64,000 nucleotides of DNA from an archaeon (GCA_004212155.1 RXIG01000001.1:128677-192676); one strand, 5' to 3'. Numbered from the stretch's first letter, positions 28,775-40,287 are shown. Numbers and translations: made by a program. Notes: generated from the letters alone by a model not told the origin.

Positions 28775-29818
28775 ATGGGGTACATAGAGCGTGCATTGGA
28801 ATCTGGCATATCCGAACTCATCGAATATCTCTCGGCACATACGCTGACATGCCTCGTGCCAGCGTTTTTCATCGCAGGCGCCATAGCGGTGTTCATATCA
28901 AAACAGGCCGTCGTCAAGTACTTTGGGTGCAATACGAAACGCTACATCTCCTATGGTGTGGCATCGATCTCCGGCGTAATCCTGGCTGCCTGTTCCTGCA
29001 CCGTGATTCCTCTCTTTGCGGGTATATGGAGGCGCGGTGCTGGCATTGGCCCGGCCAGTACGTTCCTCTATGCGGGTCCGGCCATAAACATACTTGCCAT
29101 TTCCCTCACGGCCAAGGTGCTTGGATTCGAGATAGGCCTTGCACGCGCCGTGGCAGCGATCATCATGGGCATCATGATAGGCCTCATCATGGAGTTTATC
29201 TTCGAGAGGCATAAGGGGGAACCCGAACAAACCCCCTCGGTAGCATGCGACATAGCCGAGGGCATCACTGGTAAGCGTTCAGTATACCTCTTCATAGTTC
29301 TCGTGCTCATACTCCTTGTCGGCACTGCTGCTATTGGGACCTATGTCAAGGTGGCCGCAGTTCTGGCATTGGTGGCCGTCGTAGGCTGGATGACATATGC
29401 ATGGCTGTCTCGTGAGGAGGCACGATCGTGGGGCGAGGAGACATTCTCGCTTTTCAGGATGATATTCCCATTGCTTTTGATCGGCGTGTTCGCCGCCGGT
29501 CTGATAAAAGAGTTCCTCCCCCCTGCGTACGTAGCACAATATGTGGGATCGAACTCGATAGTGGCCAATCTCATCGCGTCCGTGGCCGGCGCGTTCATGT
29601 ACTTTGCGACCCTTACCGAGGTGCCCATCATCGAGTCGCTGACAAGCCTTGGCATGCACAAGGGCCCTGAACTTGCCCTGTTGCTTGCAGGTCCGGCGTT
29701 GTCGTTGCCGAACATGCTCGCCATCCGTCAGGTCATGGGCACGAAAAAGACAGTCACGTATATCGTCCTCGTCATCGTGTTCGCCACCATGTCGGGCATC
29801 ATCTACGGGATGCTGTAG
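28775..29818 (+). CDS. arsP: ArsP-family (DUF318) permease
   Basis: CLVPAFFIAG, ACSCTVIP, GPAIN, YFATLTEVP, GPALSLP. Confidence 0.88.
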   Translation: MGYIERALESGISELIEYLSAHTLTCLVPAFFIAGAIAVFISKQAVVKYFGCNTKRYISYGVASISGVILAACSCTVIPLFAGIWRRGAGIGPASTFLYAGPAINILAISLTAKVLGFEIGLARAVAAIIMGIMIGLIMEFIFERHKGEPEQTPSVACDIAEGITGKRSVYLFIVLVLILLVGTAAIGTYVKVAAVLALVAVVGWMTYAWLSREEARSWGEETFSLFRMIFPLLLIGVFAAGLIKEFLPPAYVAQYVGSNSIVANLIASVAGAFMYFATLTEVPIIESLTSLGMHKGPELALLLAGPALSLPNMLAIRQVMGTKKTVTYIVLVIVFATMSGIIYGML

Positions 29819-29882
29819 AGAAACATATAAGTACATTATCTTATACGTATATATTAATACTTGAAAACTGGAGGAAGATCAG

Positions 29883-30143
29883 ATGGTCAAGATGGAGTTT
29901 TTCACTGCAGAACCACCTTGCGCGGGGTGCGTGGCCCTGCTCGAGCTCGCGGACAGGGTGGCAGAAGAGTACCCCGAAGTGGAGGTCGTCAAGAATGTGG
30001 GTATGTGCGACGAGTTCAGAAAATATGAGATCACCTACGTACCGGCATTGATCATAGAGGGCGGAAAGATCGCCTTCATGGGACTTTGCCCTAGCTACGA
30101 CACGCTCGTCGCTGCACTGGCGGAGATGGGGGTGAAGCGATGA
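29883..30143 (+). CDS. Small thioredoxin-fold protein (CAGC)
   Basis: EPPCAGC, YVPALII, GLCPS. Confidence 0.85.
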   Translation: MVKMEFFTAEPPCAGCVALLELADRVAEEYPEVEVVKNVGMCDEFRKYEITYVPALIIEGGKIAFMGLCPSYDTLVAALAEMGVKR

Positions 30144-30394
30144 TCAAGGTGGAGGTGTTCGCGTCGGAACCACCCTGTTCGGGAGGGAGATTGCTTCTCA
30201 AACTCATAGACAGGGTTCGGTCGGACTTTGAGGACAAGGCCGAGTTCATCGTCCACAAGGGCGTCAACGATGCGACCGAAGCATACGGTCTTGCGACGAC
30301 GCCGGCCATCATCATCGATGGCGACATTCGGATCATTGGTGTTTGCCCAAGCGAGGAAACGTTACGAAATGCCTTTTTCGAGGCAGGATTGTGA
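30140..30394 (+). CDS. Small thioredoxin-fold protein (CSGG, monothiol)
   Basis: EPPCSGG, TPAIIIDG, GVCPS; ATGA overlap. Confidence 0.85.
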   Translation: MIKVEVFASEPPCSGGRLLLKLIDRVRSDFEDKAEFIVHKGVNDATEAYGLATTPAIIIDGDIRIIGVCPSEETLRNAFFEAGL

Positions 30395-30398
30395 TAAC

Positions 30399-30647
30399 AT
30401 GGTAGAGGAAATTATGGTATTTGGACCAGAACCAGCATGTGTGAAATGCAAGAAAACGACCGAGGTCGCACAACAGGTGGCAGGTATGCTCGGCATCAAC
30501 ATGGCCAAGTATGACGTGCTATCAGAGGAAGCGGACAAGTATGGCATCATGCTCTCACCGGCCGTTGTATTCAAGGGGGAGGTGTTGGTATCCGGAAAGG
30601 TGCCCACCTTCGACTCCCTGAAGGAAATGGTCGAAAAGCGGATGTGA
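30399..30647 (+). CDS. Small thioredoxin, MTH895/ArsE-like (CVKC)
   Basis: CVKC, YGIMLSPAVV, SGKVP. Confidence 0.85.
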   Translation: MVEEIMVFGPEPACVKCKKTTEVAQQVAGMLGINMAKYDVLSEEADKYGIMLSPAVVFKGEVLVSGKVPTFDSLKEMVEKRM

Positions 30648-31120
30648 ATGCCATCATGGCCATCAAAGGTGGAGGGAAGACCGTTTACATCTATGCGATG
30701 TGTATGTTAATCTTCCTTCCATTCATGGCACAATGCATCACCGGCGATGGGGATGGCAGCGTTCCCGTCACGGCTGACCCATCGTTGAACGAGGTGCATG
30801 TGACATACTTCCATGAAACAAAGCGCTGTGAAGCCTGCATCCACATGGAAACATGGAGCTACCTCGTGCTCCAGACATACTTCGAGGGCGATGACATTCG
30901 CTTCTTTTCCTACAACATCGAGGAACCTTCCTCATCCGATGCTGTCGAGTTGTATGATGCGTATTACACAAGCCTTTATGTAGACAGCATCTATGATGGC
31001 GCCCATCATATTGAGGAGTTCTCCGACTGTTGGCTGCTCTCGGGTGACAAGGAGGCGTTCATGTCGTCGTTTAAAGATTTTGTGCAACGGCATATTGACA
31101 ATATGGAGAGATCATCATGA
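30644..31120 (+). CDS. ArsF-family exported thioredoxin-like protein
   Basis: Signal/lipobox region, YFHETKRCEAC. Confidence 0.78.
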   Translation: MNAIMAIKGGGKTVYIYAMCMLIFLPFMAQCITGDGDGSVPVTADPSLNEVHVTYFHETKRCEACIHMETWSYLVLQTYFEGDDIRFFSYNIEEPSSSDAVELYDAYYTSLYVDSIYDGAHHIEEFSDCWLLSGDKEAFMSSFKDFVQRHIDNMERSS

Positions 31121-31812
31121 CACAACGAGGAGGCATACCGAGGGAAAACGGCAATCGAATGGTAAATACGCATAAAAGCACCGATATGAAACGTACCGGC
31201 CAACACAAAAGAGGGGAGCATGGGAACAATTCGCGTGGCGGGGCCATGCTGCTTGTTGCGATCATCGCGCTGCTGATTATCGGCGCTGGATTCATCTTTG
31301 CTTTCGATACGTTTTCAGGCGATGACCTACAGTCCACGACCACTCCCGCGCCAACGACATCGCCACCAACAACGGAGCCACCCACGACCACTCCCGCGCC
31401 AACGACATCGCCACCAACAACGGAGCCACCCACGACCACTCCCGCGCCAACGACGGCCCCTCCAACTACAGAACCACCACAACAAAAGGTAGTCCATGTA
31501 TACCATTTCCATGGCACGACCCAATGCCGGTCATGCATCTATGCTGAACAATATGCGCGCTACACGATCGAAACGTACTTTCCTGATAAGCTCGATGATG
31601 GCACCATCACCTATCAGAGCCTCAACTATATGGATAGTTCCAACTCTGAAATCGTCAACGAGCTTAACGTCTACGGGTCGTCCGTCTACGTGGTGGTGGA
31701 AGAGGGCGGCGAGCGGGAGACGTACAATCCCACCTATAATCTGTGGAGCCTGACAGGCAACAAGCAACGATTTGCAGAATACTTCTCAACATATCTGGAG
31801 AACCTCCTATGA
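31117..31812 (+). CDS. ArsF-family thioredoxin-like protein with TM anchor and Thr/Pro stalk
   Basis: TM helix, TTTPAPTTSPPTTEPP repeats, HFHGTTQCRSC. Confidence 0.78.
   Translation: MTQRGGIPRENGNRMVNTHKSTDMKRTGQHKRGEHGNNSRGGAMLLVAIIALLIIGAGFIFAFDTFSGDDLQSTTTPAPTTSPPTTEPPTTTPAPTTSPPTTEPPTTTPAPTTAPPTTEPPQQKVVHVYHFHGTTQCRSCIYAEQYARYTIETYFPDKLDDGTITYQSLNYMDSSNSEIVNELNVYGSSVYVVVEEGGERETYNPTYNLWSLTGNKQRFAEYFSTYLENLL
31334..31454 (+). repeat. 48-bp tandem repeat, about 2.5 exact copies
   Basis: Units start at 31334, 31382 and 31430 and encode TTTPAPTTSPPTTEPP. Confidence 0.9.
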
Positions 31813-32924
31813 TCGAGTTCATAGACCAGCTTGCCCAACAGTCTGGCATCCCATTCATATCGGCGTTCTTCCTTGGTCTTTCCACTGCCATCGCGCCCTG
31901 TACCTTTGCCGCCAACGTAGCGGCCATCGGGTACATTGCCAAGGATGCGAAAAATCCCTTTAAGGCACTCTCATCCGGTGTCTTTTTCAGCATCGGACGG
32001 ATGTTGACATACCTGTTCATCGGACTGTTCATGATATCCGCTGGGCGAGTGATCGGATCGTTCGCGCGGGACACGCAGTCATACGGAAACCTCATAATAG
32101 GTCCCCTGCTGATAGCGATAGGCATATGGTTTGCAGGCTCGTTCGATCTTCCTATCTCTCTTGGCGAGGGGCATGTGCTCTCAACTGCAAAGCGGATGTA
32201 CCACAGAGGGTATATGGGTGCGCTACTCGTCGGCATCATATTCGGGTTCGCATTTTGCCCCTATTCGGGAATGCTGTTTTTTGGCCTCCTGATACCTCTT
32301 GCGCTCTCATCATCGAGCGGCCCTGTGCTTCCCGTCATCTTCGGACTGGGCGTGAATATCCCAGTACTGATTTTCGCAGGTCTCCTCTACTTTAGCGCAA
32401 CTCGCGCCCGTAGCTTTGGAAGGGCGCTAGCGTCAACATGGACATACCTTAGCAAGCTCATTGGCATGATACTCGTCGTGACCGGTTGTTACTACACGGG
32501 GCCTTACCTGGGTCTGTATTGGGGCATACCACATGGCGAGATATTCCTGTTCGTCTGCTCGTTGATCGTCCTTGCGACGGCATACCTCGTCCGGGCAAGA
32601 AGGGATGCGGCCCCGTGCAAGGAACCAGTTCACGAAACTCCGGAGCGTAAGTCCGTATCGTACGCCAAGAAAAAGGCTGCGGCGGCACCACGCCACGAAC
32701 AGAACCATGAACAAAATAAGCCCACTAAGAGCGAGGACATCGATGCCATGCTACAGGGGTTCTCAACGCAGCTGTCGGAAGCACGAACGCACGATTACTT
32801 CAGATTAAAGCGAGAGTATGACAGGATAGAAGGGGAGATAGAGCGTCGTGGCATGCAGGGATCGTACGCAGACACCCTTCGTGCCTGCCACGACGTGCTC
32901 CAGACTATGCTAAAAGAGTTGTGA
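31809..32924 (+). CDS. ArsG/CcdA-DsbD-family membrane protein with soluble C-terminal extension
   Basis: AIAPCTFAAN and AFCPYS conserved Cys motifs; ATGA overlap. Confidence 0.82.
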   Translation: MIEFIDQLAQQSGIPFISAFFLGLSTAIAPCTFAANVAAIGYIAKDAKNPFKALSSGVFFSIGRMLTYLFIGLFMISAGRVIGSFARDTQSYGNLIIGPLLIAIGIWFAGSFDLPISLGEGHVLSTAKRMYHRGYMGALLVGIIFGFAFCPYSGMLFFGLLIPLALSSSSGPVLPVIFGLGVNIPVLIFAGLLYFSATRARSFGRALASTWTYLSKLIGMILVVTGCYYTGPYLGLYWGIPHGEIFLFVCSLIVLATAYLVRARRDAAPCKEPVHETPERKSVSYAKKKAAAAPRHEQNHEQNKPTKSEDIDAMLQGFSTQLSEARTHDYFRLKREYDRIEGEIERRGMQGSYADTLRACHDVLQTMLKEL

Positions 32925-32926
32925 TC

Positions 32927-33982
32927 CTATTCTAATTTGTTCTTGACCTTCTCCATCTTCTCGACAGCCTCGGCCATCTTGTCTGTGACAAGCGAGATCC
33001 TGAAGTGGTCCTCATACGGCCCAAAGGGACTTCCTGGAAGGACCGATACGCCCTCGTCGAGCACGGCCATGGCGAATTCGTCTGCGTTGCCGTTGAATCG
33101 TGGGAAGAGGTAGAATGTGCCGTCCGATGGCAGTACCTCAAACCCTGCGTCACGCAGCAGTGAGACCGCCTCGTCGCGTCGCTTCCTGTAGAAGTCGCTG
33201 ATGTAGTCGGATGTCTCCTCGATGATGTTCATGGCGGTAAGCGCCGCATACTGCGCGAACTCCGAAGGGCTCGTGGTCGTCAGTTGCTGGAACTCCTGTA
33301 TCTTCTTGATGAGTTCTGGGCGTGCGACAGCATAGCCAAGGCGGTAGCCCGTCATCGAGAACGTCTTGGAGAACGACCCGATACAGATATAGTCGCAGTC
33401 GAACTCGGTGATCGAGGATGCCTTTGTAAACGACATGTGCGTGTAGACCTCGTCGGAGAGCACGGTGAACTCGTCATCGGCAGCCTTGTCCGCGAGTTCC
33501 TTGTACTGGTCGTGCGGGAGACCTACGCCCGTCGGGTTGTTGGGATAGTTTATGACCGCCATTGTCGTCTCGCGTGGTATGGAGGAAAAATCTGGGCGGA
33601 ACCCTTCTTCGAACGTCGTATCGATCGTAGCATAAAGCTTTCCCAGCTTCTTGAGCATGAGGGTGTATGCTCCCCAGCAGGGGCGGATCAGCGTTGCGTT
33701 GCCCTCCATCTGCTCGAAAGCTGCAAAGATGGGGAACTTGCCTCCAGCGGTGATGATGACATGGTCCTCTGGCACGCCATACGCCTCAGCAACACGCTCG
33801 CGCAGCGGCGGTATGCCCTTGGAGTGGGTGTATCCCGTCCTGTTCTCGTCAATGGCGCGCTGGGTGGCCCTTTTGACAGCGGGAGGCACGGGGAGGTCTG
33901 GCTGACCGATATCAAGTCTGATGAGGGGCTTCCCTTCGGATTGTATCTTTGAGATCCTGTCTATAAGTTCGTAAACTGACAT
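32927..33982 (-). CDS. PLP-dependent aminotransferase class I/II (aspartate-type)
   Basis: GQPD, PNNPTG, DEVY, SFSKTFSMTGYRLG. Confidence 0.92.
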   Translation of the reverse strand: MSVYELIDRISKIQSEGKPLIRLDIGQPDLPVPPAVKRATQRAIDENRTGYTHSKGIPPLRERVAEAYGVPEDHVIITAGGKFPIFAAFEQMEGNATLIRPCWGAYTLMLKKLGKLYATIDTTFEEGFRPDFSSIPRETTMAVINYPNNPTGVGLPHDQYKELADKAADDEFTVLSDEVYTHMSFTKASSITEFDCDYICIGSFSKTFSMTGYRLGYAVARPELIKKIQEFQQLTTTSPSEFAQYAALTAMNIIEETSDYISDFYRKRRDEAVSLLRDAGFEVLPSDGTFYLFPRFNGNADEFAMAVLDEGVSVLPGSPFGPYEDHFRISLVTDKMAEAVEKMEKVKNKLE

Positions 33983-34119
33983 GGTAATCGCCTCTTTGTA
34001 GCATGCGCATGGCTTATTTAAACCTTATCGCGAATATACTACCTATATGTCGATATTATATATATTTTTTTATTATATTGTTTTCAATTAGGTTTTGTAA
34101 TAACTATTATTCAAAATTA

Positions 34120-34764
34120 TTAAAAAAAGTGCTGTAATTCAGCAACGGATTCGACGATGATGTCGGCCTCTTTGAGATCGTCCTCGTTTCCTCCCCCTGA
34201 CAAGACGCCGATGGTAAGGCACCCAAGTGTTTTGCCGGCCGTGATCTCATACGTATAATCGCCCACGACGATGGCCTTCTCGGGTGTTGTGCCAAGCCGC
34301 TTTAAGGCACGTTCGAACTGGTCGGGATGCGGTTTCAGGCGTTCTGCGTCCTCCCTGCTAAGCAGCGTATCGACGTATGGCAACAACCCAGCGTTCTCGA
34401 GCGACACGAGCGCGGCATCCTTGTTGTTCCTTGTTGCCACGGCTATCTTGTATCCCTTGTCACGGAGGTGGGAGAGCGTCTCGCGAGCGCCCGGTATGGC
34501 GACGGTGTGCTCTGCCCGTTCGACCTCGTATTCGTAGACGCGCGCAATGACGTCGTTTACCGCGCTGTCGCCGTCTAGCTTGAGGATCGCCATTTCCTCC
34601 CTGAACAGGTCAAGGGAGTCAACGATGCTTATATCCCATGCTATCTTGTCCTCGGGAAATCCGTGGGAACACAGGATCTCCTCCAGTTCCTTTCGCAGCG
34701 CCTTGAAGTCCATCTCCAGTGTGACGAGCGTTCCGTCCAGGTCGAATATGAACGTATCATACAT
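34120..34764 (-). CDS. HAD-family hydrolase (Gph-like)
   Basis: FDLDGTL, KPHP, VGD. Confidence 0.9.
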   Translation of the reverse strand: MYDTFIFDLDGTLVTLEMDFKALRKELEEILCSHGFPEDKIAWDISIVDSLDLFREEMAILKLDGDSAVNDVIARVYEYEVERAEHTVAIPGARETLSHLRDKGYKIAVATRNNKDAALVSLENAGLLPYVDTLLSREDAERLKPHPDQFERALKRLGTTPEKAIVVGDYTYEITAGKTLGCLTIGVLSGGGNEDDLKEADIIVESVAELQHFF

Positions 34765-36034
34765 TGTTTGATCCCCCATTGTAGGTCTCTTTGACGTTTG
34801 TCAACAAAAGCATACCTGCAAGCAGCGTCCCAGCAGCGGTGAAGAGGAACGCGAGCTCGGGACCCCGTATGTCATAGATGATGCCTCCGACGAGGGGACC
34901 GAGCATCCAACCGGTCCCTGTCGCCAGCTGATAGAGCCCAAACGTCTTGCCCCTGCTGCGCTCGTCACTGACATCGGTCAGAAGCGTAAGTATGGCAGGG
35001 TCGCTCATCGCCCATCCCAGCGCCCGTATGCCGAGCACACCTATCATCTGGAAGGGCGTCCTTATAAATGCCATGGGTATCGTCGTCACGCCCGCATAGA
35101 ACGCCCCGAACACCATCGGTTTCTTTCGCCCGATCCTGTCGACAAGATTTCCTGCCAGGGGTCGCCCTATGGCGCCAACGATGCCTGCAAAGGTGAAGGC
35201 GAAGCCCACCTGGGTCGCCGTCGCCCCGATCGATTCCTCTGCGAAGACGGGGAGGAGTGGCTCTATGAGCGCGAAGGCGAAGTTGAAGATGAATCCGCCC
35301 AGCAAGACGCTGAATATGGTGCGCGCATACGGATTCATGCGTATCTCCTCGTAATCGTCCTTGATCCATCCGAATGTGCGCTGTCTGAGTGACAGTGATT
35401 CAGTGTTCAACCCGTTTGCCTCGCGAACGACCGTCTCACGTATGGTCATGTGTATGAGAAGCGCTATCAATGCCGTGATGACGCTCGTGATGATGAACGG
35501 GACCTGCACGCCGTAGAGGTCCTTGAGGAATCCGCCAAAGGCGGGACCGAAGATGATGCCAACGCTGGCCGACATGCCCAGATACCCCATGGCACGCCCC
35601 CTGCGTTCCTTTGGCACGCTGTCCGCGATGAGCGCCGATGCGGCAGGCCATACCGATGCGGAGGCGAATCCCTGGGCCGCGCGCAGCAGGTAGAGCCAGT
35701 AGATGTTTGTTGCGAAGGCGAAGCCACCCATGAATATGCTGTAGCCGATAAAGCCGTAGATGAGCATGGGCTTTCGTCCAACCCGGTCAGAGAGGGCGCC
35801 AAAGGGCCTCACCGTAAGCGTTCTCGTCAAAGCAAACATCGTCGCAACAAGCCCTATCTCCGTCTTTGATGCTCCAAAGTCAGCGGCGATGGTGGGAAGT
35901 ATGGGAAAGATCATGCCAAACCCGATGACGCTCATGAAAATGGCCAGGCAAATAAGCAAGATGTTCCTGTTCTCAGGAAAAAATGACGCTATTTTCTCTC
36001 TGATCCTGCCCCTCATCGGTGTTACGTTTTTCAT
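34757..36034 (-). CDS. MFS transporter (DHA1-like)
   Basis: GALSDRVGRK, GNLVDRIGRK; about 12 TM helices. Confidence 0.92.
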   Translation of the reverse strand: MKNVTPMRGRIREKIASFFPENRNILLICLAIFMSVIGFGMIFPILPTIAADFGASKTEIGLVATMFALTRTLTVRPFGALSDRVGRKPMLIYGFIGYSIFMGGFAFATNIYWLYLLRAAQGFASASVWPAASALIADSVPKERRGRAMGYLGMSASVGIIFGPAFGGFLKDLYGVQVPFIITSVITALIALLIHMTIRETVVREANGLNTESLSLRQRTFGWIKDDYEEIRMNPYARTIFSVLLGGFIFNFAFALIEPLLPVFAEESIGATATQVGFAFTFAGIVGAIGRPLAGNLVDRIGRKKPMVFGAFYAGVTTIPMAFIRTPFQMIGVLGIRALGWAMSDPAILTLLTDVSDERSRGKTFGLYQLATGTGWMLGPLVGGIIYDIRGPELAFLFTAAGTLLAGMLLLTNVKETYNGGSNNV

Positions 36035-36141
36035 GTCTCATAAAAACTTTTCTTTTTGTCTTTTAGACCCCATTAGAGCACAAAGCTTTTTTTGTTCCAA
36101 AGATTCGCAACCTTTAAAATGTCAGCTCACCAAGCGCATGC

Positions 36142-37074
36142 ATGGTCGAAGCGGTCTATCCCCTCATAGCGTTGGCCGTCACGTTCGTAGTGGCACCATT
36201 CCTGATACGCTCGTTCCTCTCACGTAACATCATCGGCAGGGACAGGCACAAGCCTGATCGTCCCCGTGTCGCCGAGATGGGGGGCATCGCACCGTTCATT
36301 GGGATCATGTGCGCCACGGCGCTCTTTTTGTTTTTCGAGGGTGATGCGGCAATCGCCGCTTTTGCGGGCTCGCTTGCGATCGTCTTTGCCGTAGGGGTGC
36401 TCGACGACCTGCGTGCACTGCGCCAGAGGACAAAGCTTGCGCTCCTCCTCACGGCCGGGGTACCCATCATCGCCCTGGGCAAAGGGTCGCTCGACCTCGT
36501 TTTAGTGACGCTTGATTTCGGTGTGGTTTACGCGCTCCTCGTCGTTGTGGGCATGAGCGCAGCTGCGAATCTCACCAACATCCTGGAGGGATTCAATGGT
36601 GAGGCGTGCGGCATGGGCGTCATCGCGACCGCGTTTCTCGTGATCGACGCACATGTCGTCGGCGCGCCGGGTCTCGCGCGCATGCTCGCTCCGGTCTGTC
36701 TTGCGTATCTTGCCCTGCTCTACTACAATCGATATCCTGCGCGCGTCTTTCCGGGTGATACGGGGACGCTGCTCATAGGGGGTGCCATCGGCGCGGCGAC
36801 CATCCTTGAAGGTGTGCCCCTGCTTGGCGTCATCGTGCTTGCCCCCCATATCGTTGAGTTCTTCCTCAAGGCCACGGTGCGATTCGGCGGAGTGAAGTAC
36901 GGGCCAACGAGTGTTGATGACGACGGCATCCTCCATCCGCCACCCTATCGGTCCCTTGCAAACACGTTGACGCGCCGTATGCGCCTCACAGAGCCGCACC
37001 TCGTTGCTGTGCTTTGGATCATCGAGATGGCCGCAGGTTGCGCAAGCATTGTCGTGGCGTATTTTCTCTACTGA
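36142..37074 (+). CDS. UDP-GlcNAc:dolichyl-phosphate GlcNAc-1-P transferase (MraY/GT4, AglH-like)
   Basis: EMGG, GVLDD, NILEGFNG, NRYPARVFPGDTG. Confidence 0.88.
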   Translation: MVEAVYPLIALAVTFVVAPFLIRSFLSRNIIGRDRHKPDRPRVAEMGGIAPFIGIMCATALFLFFEGDAAIAAFAGSLAIVFAVGVLDDLRALRQRTKLALLLTAGVPIIALGKGSLDLVLVTLDFGVVYALLVVVGMSAAANLTNILEGFNGEACGMGVIATAFLVIDAHVVGAPGLARMLAPVCLAYLALLYYNRYPARVFPGDTGTLLIGGAIGAATILEGVPLLGVIVLAPHIVEFFLKATVRFGGVKYGPTSVDDDGILHPPPYRSLANTLTRRMRLTEPHLVAVLWIIEMAAGCASIVVAYFLY

Positions 37075-37140
37075 CCCCTTATTCCGCAGAACGCAACAAC
37101 CTTTTTTAACATATGATGTGCATCTAAGCATGGTGAAAAT

Positions 37141-38880
<1,740 letters not shown>

Positions 38881-38914
38881 GTGTAAAAAAAGGTCAAAAA
38901 ATAATGAAAAATAG

Positions 38915-38938
38915 AAGGGGAGCATGTCCCCTCTTTTC
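38915..38938. terminator. Hairpin between convergent glmS and rpl12
   Basis: AGGGGA-gcatg-TCCCCT stem flanked by A/T tracts. Confidence 0.5.
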
Positions 38939-38941
38939 GAT

Positions 38942-39256
38942 CTAACCGAAGAGTGAACCGAGTCCTTCGAGTGCTTCCTCTTCCGAGGCTTCCTCTTCTT
39001 CCTCTTCTTCCTCTTCTTCCTTCGTCTCGCCTGCTGACTCTGCAGCCGGAGCGGCTGCGGCAGCCGGAGCCGCTGATGGTATGGCGGCTGACTTGATAGC
39101 CTCATCGATGTCGACGTTCTCAAGAGCAGCGATAAGCGCCTTAACTCTCGCCTCGTCCACTTCTACACCAGCTGCATCGAGGATCTGCTTGACGTTCTCC
39201 TCGTTGACTTCCTTGTTAGCAGCATGCAAGATCATTGCAGCATATACGTATTCCAT
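38942..39256 (-). CDS. rpl12: 50S ribosomal protein P1/L12
   Basis: [11 protein letters not shown], acidic tail, GLGSLFG. Confidence 0.97.
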   Translation of the reverse strand: MEYVYAAMILHAANKEVNEENVKQILDAAGVEVDEARVKALIAALENVDIDEAIKSAAIPSAAPAAAAAPAAESAGETKEEEEEEEEEEASEEEALEGLGSLFG

Positions 39257-39282
39257 TTCTACACCTCCAAGTTAACATAACC

Positions 39283-40287
39283 TTATCCAAAGAGTGAGTC
39301 CAGTCCTCCAAGAGTCTCCTCTTCCGATGCTTCCTCTTCTTCCTCTTCCTCTTCGGCCGCTTCCTCCTCCGCGGCAGGGGCTTGCTCTGCAGCGGGGGCG
39401 GCAGCCGTCGCTCCGAGGCGTGCTATGAGCTCCTCGTCGAGTGCATCCTCGGCGACGTGCCGTGCGAGGCTGAGCATCTCTGCCTGACTCTTGGCTATGA
39501 GTAGCGGTAGGCTCTCTTCGTTGACTATACCTGCGTTAAACGATAGGTTGCGCATGTTGTTGAACGCGATGGTGACCAACATGCTCGTCGTGTCGTCAGT
39601 GGTGATGGCCGCGTTGATGGCCAGATTGAGTGCAGACCTGTATGCATCCTCGAACTGGTCGCGGACCGCCGATTCGTCGATCGCGAGGTCGTGTGCCTCG
39701 AAGACGAACCCGTTCTCGTACGCAGCGAACAGGTTGAGCCCCACCTCGAGCGGCTCGATCTCAAGCTTGTTGAGGATCTCTGCCACTTCGGGTTTGATGA
39801 CCTCTCCTTCCTTCACTACGACATGGTCCTTTTTCACCACGATCTTTCCAGACTCTATGGCGGCAGGTATGCCGATCCTTTGCATCTCGCCCACGAGCGG
39901 TCCGGGAGGAAATCCCGTATCGCCCTTGGGGATCATCACGTCATTGGGTGCGACCTCTCCTCCCTTGGCGGGAGCGCTCGTCTTGCCTTTCTCGAACTTC
40001 TTGTACAAGACAAACGGATTGAGGGTGCTTAGCGCAAGTGATGCGCCGCCTTGCACATACGATGCAAGGGAACGCAAGGCCTCGTCATCGGACTCTTGCA
40101 GCGCAAATCTGAGCAACGTGTTCCTCGCTATGCGGATCTGCACGTTGCCATAGAACTCCCGTCGCATGGACTGAAGCTGTTTGGCTGCGATGCCCGATAT
40201 GTCGACGATGCCTATGACCGGATAGGATTGCAAGAGCGCCGAGAGCTTCTCGACCTCTTCTTTTTTCCAGGCAGCCACATGTGCCAT
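39283..40287 (-). CDS. rpl10: 50S ribosomal protein L10 (P0)
   Basis: MAHVAAWK, RNTL, TGFPPGP, acidic tail. Confidence 0.97.
   Translation of the reverse strand: MAHVAAWKKEEVEKLSALLQSYPVIGIVDISGIAAKQLQSMRREFYGNVQIRIARNTLLRFALQESDDEALRSLASYVQGGASLALSTLNPFVLYKKFEKGKTSAPAKGGEVAPNDVMIPKGDTGFPPGPLVGEMQRIGIPAAIESGKIVVKKDHVVVKEGEVIKPEVAEILNKLEIEPLEVGLNLFAAYENGFVFEAHDLAIDESAVRDQFEDAYRSALNLAINAAITTDDTTSMLVTIAFNNMRNLSFNAGIVNEESLPLLIAKSQAEMLSLARHVAEDALDEELIARLGATAAAPAAEQAPAAEEEAAEEEEEEEEASEEETLGGLDSLFG

Noticed and set aside
19469-32924. Selenocysteine/pyrrolysine read-through in the Cys-rich redox genes
   Set aside because: All CxxC-type motifs are encoded by Cys or Gly codons; no in-frame TGA/TAG at catalytic positions seen
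34020-34115. AT-rich tract similar to those near 17750, 43330 and 63870
   Set aside because: Low-complexity promoter/terminator DNA; shared words such as TACCTATATGT are too short to call a repeat
38975-39370. Repeated TCTTCC tracts
   Set aside because: Ordinary Glu-rich C-termini shared by ribosomal stalk proteins P0 and P1
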